In this document: in pieces, positions 40,188-50,129 of the stretch
Numbering within the stretch: position 1 is the stretch's first letter
Layout: every line of letters starts with the position of its first letter
Assembly: GCA_031427745.1 (NCBI GenBank)
Contig: JANPNY010000721.1
Span: 618 to 64,617, forward strand
Direction of reading: 5' to 3'
DNA length: 64,000 bases
From: Chitinophagaceae bacterium
GTDB taxonomy: Bacteria; Bacteroidota; Bacteroidia; Chitinophagales; Chitinophagaceae
Made by a program: the position numbers and the translations under genes
The notes under the pieces: model-generated
The model's input: only the letters and a program-made list of their open reading frames with translations
What the model was told of the DNA's origin: nothing
The model's database searches: none

Positions 40188-41220
40188 ATCCATTTTTTTT
40201 AATAACCCATGTAAATAATCCATCTTCAACGAAACGAAAAGAATTAAATTGCCCGTCATACTGTTCTAATGCATGCATTACCTTGTATTTACTGATATCA
40301 GGACAATAAAACAACATATAACCTCCTCCACCTGCTCCCAAAATTTTGCCTCCAACAGCACCAGCAGCTTTCGCAGTCTCATAAATTTCATCAATCATTG
40401 GATTACTAATACCCTTCGCCATTTCTTTTTTATATCGGAAACCTTCATCAAGTATTTCTCCCAATTTATTGATATTGCCTTGCAATAATGCTTCTTTCAT
40501 TTGCATAGCCTGCTCTTTAATTACATGCATTGCATCTAATGATTTTTCATTTTTGTTGCTTACATTTTTTTGCTGTTCTTCAATAATAGTCGACGATAAA
40601 CGACTTTTTGAAGTATAGTACAAGAGTAAATTATTTTCCAATTCAAATATATATGGCTTGGGTATTCTAAGGGGATTAACAATTACCTTATCTCCACTGT
40701 AGAATTCCATGTAGTTGAAACCACCAAATGTAGCTGCATACTGATCTTGTTTACCGCCGGCCATATTCAACTGGATACGTTCAATTTCATACGACATGTG
40801 TGCTATATCATACGAACCAAGGGGAAGGCTCAACCACTCCACAAATGTGCCCAGGATGGCAACCATTAAGGTAGAGGAAGACCCAAGGCCGGAACCTGCA
40901 GGGGCATCAACATAAGTTGATAGCCTGAAACCCTTTAGCTCTTTTATATAATTTTTAGCCATGTAATTGTATGCCCCTTTTAATAAGTCGAGTTCACCGT
41001 TTATTGGTAATTCATCTGTTAGTTCGTATTCTGCAATTTCACCCCTATCCAACGCATGTAAAATTATTTTATCCTCTTCTATTAATTCAAGGCTTGCCCT
41101 TGCAGACATTGAGATGGTTGCATTTAATATTGCACCTCCAAATAAATCAGAATAAGGGGAGACATCGGTACCACCACCTGCAAACCCTATACGTAATGGC
41201 GCTTTACTTCTGTATATCAT
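40177..41220 (-). CDS. hddA: D-glycero-alpha-D-manno-heptose-7-phosphate kinase (GHMP kinase)
   Basis: RSKAPLRIGFAGGGTDVSPY, DAPAGSGLGSSS, GGKQDQYAATFGGFN, GGKILGAGGGG; adjacent to gmhA; start set at ATG 41220. Confidence 0.9.
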   Translation of the reverse strand: MIYRSKAPLRIGFAGGGTDVSPYSDLFGGAILNATISMSARASLELIEEDKIILHALDRGEIAEYELTDELPINGELDLLKGAYNYMAKNYIKELKGFRLSTYVDAPAGSGLGSSSTLMVAILGTFVEWLSLPLGSYDIAHMSYEIERIQLNMAGGKQDQYAATFGGFNYMEFYSGDKVIVNPLRIPKPYIFELENNLLLYYTSKSRLSSTIIEEQQKNVSNKNEKSLDAMHVIKEQAMQMKEALLQGNINKLGEILDEGFRYKKEMAKGISNPMIDEIYETAKAAGAVGGKILGAGGGGYMLFYCPDISKYKVMHALEQYDGQFNSFRFVEDGLFTWVIKKNGYAK

Positions 41221-41224
41221 TTTA

Positions 41225-42643
41225 TTATTTATTTTTAAGTTTAAGAAATTCAAACTTGTATATGTAGGTTAAAAGAGCGGAAGATAATAATAAACCTATC
41301 ACCAGTCTGATTGAAAATGAATATTTTATTTTATAATAATAAGTCAAAAAAGACAAAAGGCCGATACTTCCAAATATAGCAAAGGAGTACAATATTGAAA
41401 TATGTTTCTCCATTAGATTCCTGAATATCACCCAATGGTAAGTCATATTAATAAATGCCGCTATAACGAACGCCCATGCAAGGCCCGTGGCTCCGTATTT
41501 TGTTCCAAAATAAAAAATGGGCGACGCAACCACTCCATATATAATGGAAAGGGTAGCTAAAAGTTTCTGCTTATCCAAAGCGCTTAGTATGGTTCCAATC
41601 GTACAGAATATTGCAAACAATACTGTAAACCAACATTGAATGAGGATTACATTAGCTGTCGTAATATAGGCCTCTCCATAAAGCAACTTAACAATGTCCT
41701 GGCTAAATAGGGAAAAACACAACGAGCCCCAAATACCGGTCAGAATTATTATATTCAATAAACTTTTCACCCGCTTGGCAAACAAAACTTTATCGTTAAT
41801 AGCCAGGCGTGCAAGCATGGGAAATAAGGCAGTAAGCAACATGCTTAGCATCATTTGCAAAGGTGAGAGAATTCGATTCCCGAGGTTAAAAAGACCAATC
41901 TGGTCGATACTCGAATTAAACTGAAGCAACAAAATCGGTATCTGACTTTGTATAGATGAAAAAACTGCAAGTATAAAATAGAAGTTGCTTTGGCGAAGTA
42001 ACATTTTATGCTCATCGAAATTAGTAATGGGTTCTTTGGGGATATTGTTGAGAATTTTGCGCCGCAACCAAATGTAATAAATTATGGTTTTTGTGCCTTG
42101 GTTAATTACATAGGCAAAAAGCAAAGTTTGAACGGTAAAAAGGGAATTGGGTATTAAATAAATTTCAGCAATCCATATGGTCGTCATGATAAGATTGATA
42201 ATTCCGGAGGTTTGCATTTTTTCAGATCCAAATGAAACACTTTCAATAGAGTCCCAGAATGACTGAAAAACCATCAGCAATAAAAGAACGAAAATTAATA
42301 CAGGGGGTAATGATTGCCTGTTGTGCAGCTGAGAATAACCGACGGCCAGCAACATTGCCAGTGCCGTGGTAAATATTCTGATTTGGTTAGAAATTGTAAA
42401 AATCTTACGGGCATCCTGTTTATTTCGGGCAATATGCCGGACTACCACTATCCGCAAACCAAATACTGATATAATTGAAAAAATTGTTACCTGTAAATTT
42501 ACGAGGTTAAATAATCCATATCCGGCAGGTTGCAATTGCCGTGCAACCCGGATGCTGGACAAAATTGATAGTACTTGTATTAATAAATTGGTGCCAGTCA
42601 GTACTGAGAAGTTCTTAATTATTTTATTGTTGAAAATACTCAT
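41225..42643 (-). CDS. wzx: Oligosaccharide flippase (Wzx/MOP family)
   Basis: 472 aa multi-TM; KNFSVL...VARQLQPAGYGLF N-terminus, QIGLFNLGNRI, LYGEAY, YGATGLAWA. Confidence 0.88.
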   Translation of the reverse strand: MSIFNNKIIKNFSVLTGTNLLIQVLSILSSIRVARQLQPAGYGLFNLVNLQVTIFSIISVFGLRIVVVRHIARNKQDARKIFTISNQIRIFTTALAMLLAVGYSQLHNRQSLPPVLIFVLLLLMVFQSFWDSIESVSFGSEKMQTSGIINLIMTTIWIAEIYLIPNSLFTVQTLLFAYVINQGTKTIIYYIWLRRKILNNIPKEPITNFDEHKMLLRQSNFYFILAVFSSIQSQIPILLLQFNSSIDQIGLFNLGNRILSPLQMMLSMLLTALFPMLARLAINDKVLFAKRVKSLLNIIILTGIWGSLCFSLFSQDIVKLLYGEAYITTANVILIQCWFTVLFAIFCTIGTILSALDKQKLLATLSIIYGVVASPIFYFGTKYGATGLAWAFVIAAFINMTYHWVIFRNLMEKHISILYSFAIFGSIGLLSFLTYYYKIKYSFSIRLVIGLLLSSALLTYIYKFEFLKLKNK

Positions 42644-43818
42644 CCAATTTTTATTTTTAAAAAATTATAAAAATTATTTATAATCATTTTGTTTCGTTTA
42701 TGCAAAAATTGCTTCATTCTAACAGGCCTGATAAGTACCTTCATCCAGTTGGTTGATTGCGTGGCAGGCTTAATCCGGTGGGTTTGCGTTAAAAGATAAG
42801 TATCCTTATAAAAACAAATGGAAATACCAGCCAGGTACAATCGCTCACTTAAATCAACATCTTCTATTTCACCCCAGTTCAAATATGGATTTAGCTTTAC
42901 TTTCGCCAGGATATGCTTTTTCAAAAGCATAAAGCCACCATCTGAATATATGTGTCGATCCCATTTAGTATAATCCAGCCGGGTTGATTTTGCTTTCTGA
43001 AATTCAGTAAAGTCATGAAAGGATTTTAACCAGTCATTTACTCTTAGAGACCGGGTATCCTCATCCAGAATGGGCATACAAAGCTGATCAAAATAATTGC
43101 CGTATTTACAGATTTGTTCATACCAGTTTTCAGCAAACGAGATCCGGTCATGCATAATTACCAGGTTATTATAACGTGCATGATCAATTATCCTGTTTTT
43201 TTTTTTCGAAATTGGTATCCTTACATCAAAATAAAGGTCTTTATCATCCAGAACTGCCACACGTTCCGGCAACTGTAATGACGGCGATGGTCCGCAGATA
43301 AGAATTTCATATTCCGGTATTTTGAATGCGGTGATCTGGTTGATAATATTTAAGACACGCTCATTTTTTCTACCATCACTTACAATACCAAACGACCATC
43401 TGCTGATGCGATCATCCACGGGCAAAACAGGCTGGATTTTTTTTAACCAAATGTAATCTACGTTGTCAACGAACTGCTTTTTATGAACATGGTAGCGTTC
43501 CTGGTAACTAGTCGAGATTTCATTCATAAGGAAATTCAGTGGCCTAAGCGGGTACCCACCAGAATCAAAGCTTACCCGGTAAAATTCAATATATAATTCA
43601 CCGCCAACTTCCAGCAAGGCATCCATCATTTTTAAGATATGCCTGATGTATTTTGTAGTTTCAAAAACTCCTTTTGTTTTAATACTTTTTATAGATTCAG
43701 GAGCTAAATTATTTTTAACGAAAAAAGGCTCACAGGAATGAAAGTCTTTTTCGGTTAAAACAATTTCATCACTACCGGGCGAATAATTAATTGCTGAATG
43801 GAATACGAATAGGTCCAT
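42640..43818 (-). CDS. GT-A fold glycosyltransferase with degenerate methyltransferase-like N-terminal domain
   Basis: WSFGIVSDG, YEILICGP, ISKKKNRIIDHARYNNLVIMHDRI, WGEIEDVDLS; N-terminal LLEVGGELYIE; ATGA overlap with wzx. Confidence 0.65.
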   Translation of the reverse strand: MDLFVFHSAINYSPGSDEIVLTEKDFHSCEPFFVKNNLAPESIKSIKTKGVFETTKYIRHILKMMDALLEVGGELYIEFYRVSFDSGGYPLRPLNFLMNEISTSYQERYHVHKKQFVDNVDYIWLKKIQPVLPVDDRISRWSFGIVSDGRKNERVLNIINQITAFKIPEYEILICGPSPSLQLPERVAVLDDKDLYFDVRIPISKKKNRIIDHARYNNLVIMHDRISFAENWYEQICKYGNYFDQLCMPILDEDTRSLRVNDWLKSFHDFTEFQKAKSTRLDYTKWDRHIYSDGGFMLLKKHILAKVKLNPYLNWGEIEDVDLSERLYLAGISICFYKDTYLLTQTHRIKPATQSTNWMKVLIRPVRMKQFLHKRNKMIINNFYNFLKIKIG

Positions 43819-43827
43819 ATGTAAAAT

Positions 43828-44565
43828 TTATCCTTTGAACGTTTGTTTTAGGTAATCATAATATTCTTCCGGTATTCCGCAAAACAGAACGGCTGACCGG
43901 TCAATTAAATGAATATGAATATTACTATTTTGCGCAATCAGCCAGTTGTACAAAGGTGCAACAAACAGCTCTTTGGTACTATTAATTTGTGATATCTCAT
44001 TTCTTGATGTAAACGCCACATTAAATAACGCAGCGCTTTTAAAATAATACAACCCGGTAGAACAGTAATTGGATATCTGCACTTTTTCCGCAGTTTTTAC
44101 CACCCTGGTAGATGTTGCACACGCTGTTTTTGCGTACGACCAATTTGGGCCTTCCCCATAAAATACTTCTAAATAACCATCCCAGGTATTTATTACTTCA
44201 GGAAACCTAAATCCGTGGCGAAAGGTATCAATATTAAACACTGTGATGGGTTCATCCTCTCTTGTTTTGGACAGAGTTAGTCCCAAATAAACTGTTTCTG
44301 CCTGCCCCTGGGTAGGGCTATCCAAAATAACTATTTCATAGTCCTCTATTCCAAGGAGTTTACATTCTTGCTCTATAAAAAGTTTCGTATCAAAAATGTT
44401 TCGTGCAATAAAAAGAAATCTGCAATTTTTATAGTAATGCGAAAAACCTCTTACTGCTAAATTAAAAAGGCTCTTATTGCCGGCATACAGCATGTATTTG
44501 GGTAATGTAAATCCTTCCCGGATAAAGCGCTGACTTAAACCCGCCATTGAAAATACAATTGTCAT
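43828..44565 (-). CDS. BcbE-like sugar nucleotidyltransferase
   Basis: IVFSMAGLSQRF...GFTLPKYML, PTQGQAETV, VFNIDTFR, WSYAK, AEKVQISNYCSTGLYYF, ELFVAPLYN. Confidence 0.8.
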   Translation of the reverse strand: MTIVFSMAGLSQRFIREGFTLPKYMLYAGNKSLFNLAVRGFSHYYKNCRFLFIARNIFDTKLFIEQECKLLGIEDYEIVILDSPTQGQAETVYLGLTLSKTREDEPITVFNIDTFRHGFRFPEVINTWDGYLEVFYGEGPNWSYAKTACATSTRVVKTAEKVQISNYCSTGLYYFKSAALFNVAFTSRNEISQINSTKELFVAPLYNWLIAQNSNIHIHLIDRSAVLFCGIPEEYYDYLKQTFKG

Positions 44566-44572
44566 ATTGTGT

Positions 44573-46123
44573 TTATTTGAATTCTTTAAATTCTACATAC
44601 AAGCGAAGTGCATTCGCCAGCATAGCTTTCTGCCGTAAAGGATTGTCTTTATGCAAAGGAAGCATCGAGAGAAACAAATGCACGAGGATAGGATAGGTAC
44701 TAGCTTCTTTAATGCTCATTCCGGCAAATTGATTGTTTACAAAAAAATGCTGGATCTTTTGAATTGTGTGGTTAGAAAATACGCTGAATGAAATATTGTA
44801 TGGATCCATCTCTTCGTAAACGAAATAGCCTGCAATAATAAAATCATACATACCAATAACAGAATGAGCTAACTTGGCTATATCATATCGAATATCCCCA
44901 TATATAGTTTGAGCTCCTTCCACATCAACCCCCCTGGGGTCAATTACTTTAATAGATTTTGTTCTGAAGTCGTATAGGATATTACTAAAACAAAAATCAC
45001 CATGAATAATAGATTGCTGCTCTGAAGAGGGAACAGAAATTAAAGAATTCATTTCTTTTACAATTTCGTTTAAAGAAGGAACTTTAATTTCATTGTATAT
45101 CCATTCTTTGTCTAAATCAACGCCATTCTCTTTTGCATAAGTTTGAAGCCGGAGCTGCGTTTTTTCACTATACAGCCGGTTGGCTTTTTCGGCAATATTT
45201 AAATGAACCGGGGCACTGAATTTCATACAATCCACCAGAAATTCATTGCAGGAACGTAAAATATTCTGCCAAATAAAATATTCATTCTTGCCATAAACAA
45301 ACAGTTCAGCCAAGGAACTCAGGTAGAAATATTCTATCTGGTAAAAACTTTTATCTGGTTCCGCTCCCTGGTTCCACAATGCAGGAATATACTTTTTTAA
45401 AGCAATTGGTGTATTGGAAAACCAGTTCGCTTCAGCAAGGATCTTGTTATTGTCACTGCTATACTTAATAACTGAAAATCCGTCAATTTTAAGGTCGTTA
45501 AAAAACCGTTGGGTGGTTAAGTGCGTCCTGGAACGATAATAGGTATTGGCATGCCCAAAATCCAGCCATGTGTTTGACATTTCCTCCTTCACTTCTTTTC
45601 TGTGCTTGTAAAGCAAGATACCCTTTACAAAATCATAGTTTGATTCTGTAATAGACTTAATCAATAAACTTTGATTAGAAAAAGAAAAATAACCTGCGTA
45701 CACGAACTCTTCGTTTTTCAGGTCATCGGAAAATGCCCACGCATAGTTGTCGGATGCTTTGCCAATCAGGTATGCATCGGACAACGAAGGAAGTGATTCA
45801 AATAAGGTATCACCATGGAGTATATTTAATGGCTCATTGTATTTGGCAGTAACATTCAACACATACACAATGGATTGCCCCAAAGAAAATCCCTCGGGCA
45901 CGTAAACTATTTTCACTTTCTTCAATTCGAATATTTCGTTATCCTTTTCCGAAACCGAAAAGCCTGCCGGAAGCGATAGAACGATTGTTTCATTCGTATT
46001 GGCTAAAGCCAACTGGTGCTGGTACAACCGCTTATTTTGTAAAGGCAAAAAAGAAGGAGGGATTTTACCATATTCGGTAGCCAACTCGCTGGTTATATAT
46101 GCTGCCGATGTTATTAAGAACAT
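44573..46123 (-). CDS. BcbG/KfoE-like capsule protein: N-terminal NTP-transferase-like domain + C-terminal APH-like kinase domain
   Basis: MFLITSAAYI...GKIPPSFLPLQNKRL, LHGDTL, WLDFGH, HGDFCFSNIL, KVIDPRG, GDIRYDIAKLAHS. Confidence 0.8.
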   Translation of the reverse strand: MFLITSAAYITSELATEYGKIPPSFLPLQNKRLYQHQLALANTNETIVLSLPAGFSVSEKDNEIFELKKVKIVYVPEGFSLGQSIVYVLNVTAKYNEPLNILHGDTLFESLPSLSDAYLIGKASDNYAWAFSDDLKNEEFVYAGYFSFSNQSLLIKSITESNYDFVKGILLYKHRKEVKEEMSNTWLDFGHANTYYRSRTHLTTQRFFNDLKIDGFSVIKYSSDNNKILAEANWFSNTPIALKKYIPALWNQGAEPDKSFYQIEYFYLSSLAELFVYGKNEYFIWQNILRSCNEFLVDCMKFSAPVHLNIAEKANRLYSEKTQLRLQTYAKENGVDLDKEWIYNEIKVPSLNEIVKEMNSLISVPSSEQQSIIHGDFCFSNILYDFRTKSIKVIDPRGVDVEGAQTIYGDIRYDIAKLAHSVIGMYDFIIAGYFVYEEMDPYNISFSVFSNHTIQKIQHFFVNNQFAGMSIKEASTYPILVHLFLSMLPLHKDNPLRQKAMLANALRLYVEFKEFK

Positions 46124-46509
46124 GGAGGTTTAATTTTTTCTTTTTCCTGTTTCAGAATGTCCTGAATTTCATTATATGAATATTTGAGAAACTCTGATGG
46201 CCTGATTGACTTATCATCAATATAAAATCCATCAAATCCGCACCAGGGCTTACCTACATACACTTCATCAAAAGGAACATCGTGTTTTCGTAACCAATCT
46301 ATTATATTGGGTAAGGTATAAATATTTATTTTCCCGAGGTTAGACTCGTAAGTACGCATATTTCTACTGGAATTGATAACGATTTCAAATCCGTCTTCTT
46401 TATACTCTTTAAGCTTTGCAATAATTTCAGGAACAGGGCTACTGTTAATATAATCCCCTTTAATGGTTATGGAAACAGTATCATCCAGGTCTACAATTAG
46501 TCTTTTCAT
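46114..46509 (-). CDS. EcbF/BcbF-like HAD-IIIC capsule biosynthesis phosphatase
   Basis: RLIVDLDDTV, SSRNMRTY, VPFDEVYVGKPWCG..GFYIDDKSIRPSEF; 10-nt overlap with the next gene. Confidence 0.88.
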   Translation of the reverse strand: MKRLIVDLDDTVSITIKGDYINSSPVPEIIAKLKEYKEDGFEIVINSSRNMRTYESNLGKINIYTLPNIIDWLRKHDVPFDEVYVGKPWCGFDGFYIDDKSIRPSEFLKYSYNEIQDILKQEKEKIKPPCS

Positions 46510-46620
46510 TTGTTACTTAATTATTGGTTTATCAACTTTATATTAACGCAATTTTTTAAAGAATGTTATACAGGGATTTCAGGCAAGTGTCTCATGCTAT
46601 TGCATTGCGTTAAGTCTATT

Positions 46621-48066
46621 CTACTCCTTATTCTGTTCTTCTTCAGTTTCATATTCAGCTTGTTTTAAAAAATAGTGCAAGCCAAGAAATACCCCTGCAA
46701 ATAACCCGAATTCAGCTTGCTGATAGTCGAATGATAATTCCCAGGAGATATAAAAAAAACGAAACGTAACCATCGTAATAAAATATGCTTTAAGTGTCGA
46801 ATATAGAAAAAAAATAAACGGATCATGGTTATCCAGGTCTATTCCGTCCAAATTCTTTTTCGTACCACTTAGCAAAACAAAAAACTTTATATAATATAAA
46901 AACATTCCTATCACCCCAAATGCAGTAAGAGTGCCGATAAAAGGCATATCAACAAATCCAAACATTCCAAACGCCTGCATTCCTTTTATTTCAGTCAACC
47001 CTATCCCGGTCCAAAAATTATCAAAAAAAAGCTTCGTCATAATCGGGAACTGAAAGTCGAATCTTGTATCTGCCGAGCTATCTGTCGCATTGCCGGAAAA
47101 ATATGCAACGGTATTGCTAAACAGGTTTTGAATCTCGGTGAGGTATTCCCCAAAAAAAATGCTCGATAGAAAAACTACCGATATTAAAAGAAAGAGGTAT
47201 TTAAAAAGATTAAGTGCTTCTACATATTTCCTTATTAAAAAAAAGGAAAGAAACGCTCCCATAGTTACATAAAACATAGCTAACCTGTAAAAAGCTAGTA
47301 TAAGTACAACATAAGAAAATATGCCTATTAATATAAGCAGATATTTGGACGTATTTTTTAACCTGGTAGACAATGCCGCTGCCGGGAGCAGGTAGCTAAA
47401 AAATATAATAAATTGCCTCAGGTCGTATCCTGCCAACCTATCAATATTAGCCCCAGTATCTCGGTCATAACTTTTTAACCTGAAAAGATCCAGATCCATT
47501 ATCAATGATATGTAATAGACAGAGAGAAAAGCGGCCGCTACTAATGCAAATGACATCAAAAGCTTTTTAGGCTGTTTTAGGGTAAAATAATAGGCAGGTA
47601 TGATCGTTAAAAACCCAATCATATACCCAATGTTACCCAAAATGGATTTAGCATTTAATTCAGCCTTATATCCAATATTTATCAAAAGCAGGTATAGCCC
47701 AAATATAAAACCCATAAAAATGAGGGTTTTAACCTTCTTATCATTAAATAATAAAAACAAAGATTTGCCGTCTTTAACAAAAACGATAAACATACAAGCA
47801 AGCGTTAGGAGTTTAGCCCAGTTATAACCAAAACAAGACATTACATCCACATGCATTACAATACAAAATACAAAACAATAAACAGGATTAAGAAAGAACA
47901 AACCTACAAGTAATGTTATAAATACCGCTAAAGGGATGCTGCCCGCAGAAGAACCCATTTTCATTGATATATAATTCAAAATAAACAACGAACCAAGCAA
48001 TGCTACCAGTCCAAAAACAGGAATGGTTTCAGTATCCAGATCGTTATCTCCATTATATATTGACAA
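46621..48066 (-). CDS. Wzy-like polysaccharide polymerase / O-antigen ligase-family membrane protein
   Basis: 481 aa, approx. 11-12 TM; periplasmic loop DSSADTRF...FWTGIG; lies inside a wzx-containing cluster. Confidence 0.65.
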   Translation of the reverse strand: MSIYNGDNDLDTETIPVFGLVALLGSLFILNYISMKMGSSAGSIPLAVFITLLVGLFFLNPVYCFVFCIVMHVDVMSCFGYNWAKLLTLACMFIVFVKDGKSLFLLFNDKKVKTLIFMGFIFGLYLLLINIGYKAELNAKSILGNIGYMIGFLTIIPAYYFTLKQPKKLLMSFALVAAAFLSVYYISLIMDLDLFRLKSYDRDTGANIDRLAGYDLRQFIIFFSYLLPAAALSTRLKNTSKYLLILIGIFSYVVLILAFYRLAMFYVTMGAFLSFFLIRKYVEALNLFKYLFLLISVVFLSSIFFGEYLTEIQNLFSNTVAYFSGNATDSSADTRFDFQFPIMTKLFFDNFWTGIGLTEIKGMQAFGMFGFVDMPFIGTLTAFGVIGMFLYYIKFFVLLSGTKKNLDGIDLDNHDPFIFFLYSTLKAYFITMVTFRFFYISWELSFDYQQAEFGLFAGVFLGLHYFLKQAEYETEEEQNKE

Positions 48067-48144
48067 ATGATTGTATTTTAAATCCTTGAAATATAGCGTT
48101 TATAATAAGGCGGCGGGCGGCAAAAAAATTACCAGGTAATCCAC

Positions 48145-49194
48145 CTACTTAAAATAATCAATATACCAATCAATAAAATTATTTACGCCCTCTTGCACAG
48201 AAGTAGATGGGTTATAACCAAGGTCTGATTTTAAAGCACTCACGTCTGCATATGTTTTAAAAACATCACCCGGCTGCATGGGCATCATTATTTTTTCAGC
48301 TTTCTTCCCTAATTTATTCTCGATGGCTTCAATAAATTTTGTAAGTTTTACCGGGGCGCTATTCCCGATGTTATACAATTGGTAGGGCGCCCTGGAGGAG
48401 GAGGGTTCCGGCGTTACACCCGACCATTCAGGATTACCAGTAGGCGGATGATTTACCACTCGAATTACTCCATCCACAATATCATCAATATAAGTAAAGT
48501 CCCGTTCCATATCGCCATTATTAAATACCTGTATAGGCTGCCCTTCAACAATAGCTTTGGTAAATAAAAACATAGCCATATCCGGCCTTCCCCATGGCCC
48601 ATACACGGTGAAAAAACGCAACCCTGTTGTTGGCAAACCATACAAATGACTATATACATGCGCCATCAGTTCGTTGCTCTTTTTTGTAGCTGCATATAAA
48701 CTAACAGGATGATCTACCGACTGATTTGTAGTGAAGGGAATAGTTTCATTTAATCCATACACGCTGCTACTGCTTGCATATACAAAATGCTTTATGTGGT
48801 TGTGCCTGCAACATTCTAATAAATTTGCAAAGCCTACAATATTACTTTCAATATATGCAGCCGGATTTGTAATACTATACCTTACACCTGCCTGTGCTGC
48901 CAGGTTAACTACGATATCAAACTGCTGATTTAAAAATAGTTTATCGAGATTTTCCTTATCCTCCAGTTTAAGTTGAATAAAAGAATAGCCCTCCATTTTT
49001 GTGCTTGTTGTGGGTTGATTGTATTCAATACAATCTTCAGCTATGCCTGCTTTCAAAAGCCTGTCGTATTTAAGACTAACATGATAGTAGTCATTGATTG
49101 AGTCTAGGCCCACCACTTCAAACCCGGTTTTTATAAGCTGATTTACCAAATGGTATCCGATAAATCCAGCAGCGCCTGTGACTAGTACTTTCAT
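48145..49194 (-). CDS. UDP-glucuronate 4-epimerase (NAD-dependent epimerase)
   Basis: TGAAGFIG, NLAAQAGVRYS, YASSSSVYG, HPVSLYAATKKSNELMAH, GLRFFTVYGPWGRPDMA, MQPGDV. Confidence 0.92.
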   Translation of the reverse strand: MKVLVTGAAGFIGYHLVNQLIKTGFEVVGLDSINDYYHVSLKYDRLLKAGIAEDCIEYNQPTTSTKMEGYSFIQLKLEDKENLDKLFLNQQFDIVVNLAAQAGVRYSITNPAAYIESNIVGFANLLECCRHNHIKHFVYASSSSVYGLNETIPFTTNQSVDHPVSLYAATKKSNELMAHVYSHLYGLPTTGLRFFTVYGPWGRPDMAMFLFTKAIVEGQPIQVFNNGDMERDFTYIDDIVDGVIRVVNHPPTGNPEWSGVTPEPSSSRAPYQLYNIGNSAPVKLTKFIEAIENKLGKKAEKIMMPMQPGDVFKTYADVSALKSDLGYNPSTSVQEGVNNFIDWYIDYFK

Positions 49195-49244
49195 AATTAT
49201 TATTTGTGATTAACAACCTTTTTTTAGTGTGTTAAAAGAATAAA

Positions 49245-50123
49245 TTAGTTTGTTTCCAGCATCATTTTTTTATCAAAAGAATGAATTATTGAAACTGTAT
49301 TATCTATATTTCCTTTGGACGAAGCACCAAACAAAACCGATTCAATATTTGGTAATCCACACACGTATTCAAGTGCTTCTTTTGGATTAATGGCACCTCC
49401 GCCTAATACCTGCATTGCAACAGCACGAAACTTTTTAGTCTTCAGTGTTTCTTCGTAAATTTCTTTACCGCCCGACATCCTGAAACCAACTTTGTTTATA
49501 GATGCACATACAATTGGATTTTCTACTCCGCCTTTTTCAAGTACTTCAACCAGTTTGGGCATGTTCATTGTGATAAAACCAGCCTCTGCATTGTGCTTCT
49601 TTTTTATGTAGACATGAAATGCAACCAGCACATCATAAGCTCTTAACCCTAACAGCAAATCTGTAATTACATTTTGCAAAAATATAACTGGTGTATTGAT
49701 GCCCTTAAACATTTTCATTTCTGCATCTATCATCAACTCCATAATGGCTTCATAATCTTTTGACAGATATGCCATCCCTCCTTTAAACAATGATCCAAAA
49801 AAATTACCAGGAACATATTGCTTTAAAGTTCCTGCAATACCAAGCTCAGTTACCGCATTGGCATATTTATGGGCATAAGGCATGCAGGGAAAAATTTTAA
49901 AGTCTTTGTACTTTTCCGGGTTAGCTCTTATAATGTCGCAAATATTGGCAATCCTGTCATGTGTTGTGCACATGAAGGTATTTATTCCAGCATTTATGGC
50001 ATCATCCAACACTTTTATAATTGCCTTGTCGTCTTTAAATTTTATTGATTGTTCACGGGATTTGCTATCTGAAATATGATTAACTGCAAAAAACTGGTTA
50101 TCTCCAAAAAGTATTCTTTCCAT
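49245..50123 (-). CDS. Conserved hypothetical protein, probable aldo/keto-reductase-like TIM barrel
   Basis: RILFGDNQFF, AINAGINTFMCT, INKVGFRM, VAMQVLGGGAI, SVLFGASSKGNI resemble AKR-fold elements; 6 nt from the upstream oxidoreductase. Confidence 0.55.
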   Translation of the reverse strand: MERILFGDNQFFAVNHISDSKSREQSIKFKDDKAIIKVLDDAINAGINTFMCTTHDRIANICDIIRANPEKYKDFKIFPCMPYAHKYANAVTELGIAGTLKQYVPGNFFGSLFKGGMAYLSKDYEAIMELMIDAEMKMFKGINTPVIFLQNVITDLLLGLRAYDVLVAFHVYIKKKHNAEAGFITMNMPKLVEVLEKGGVENPIVCASINKVGFRMSGGKEIYEETLKTKKFRAVAMQVLGGGAINPKEALEYVCGLPNIESVLFGASSKGNIDNTVSIIHSFDKKMMLETN

Positions 50124-50129
50124 TACTTA

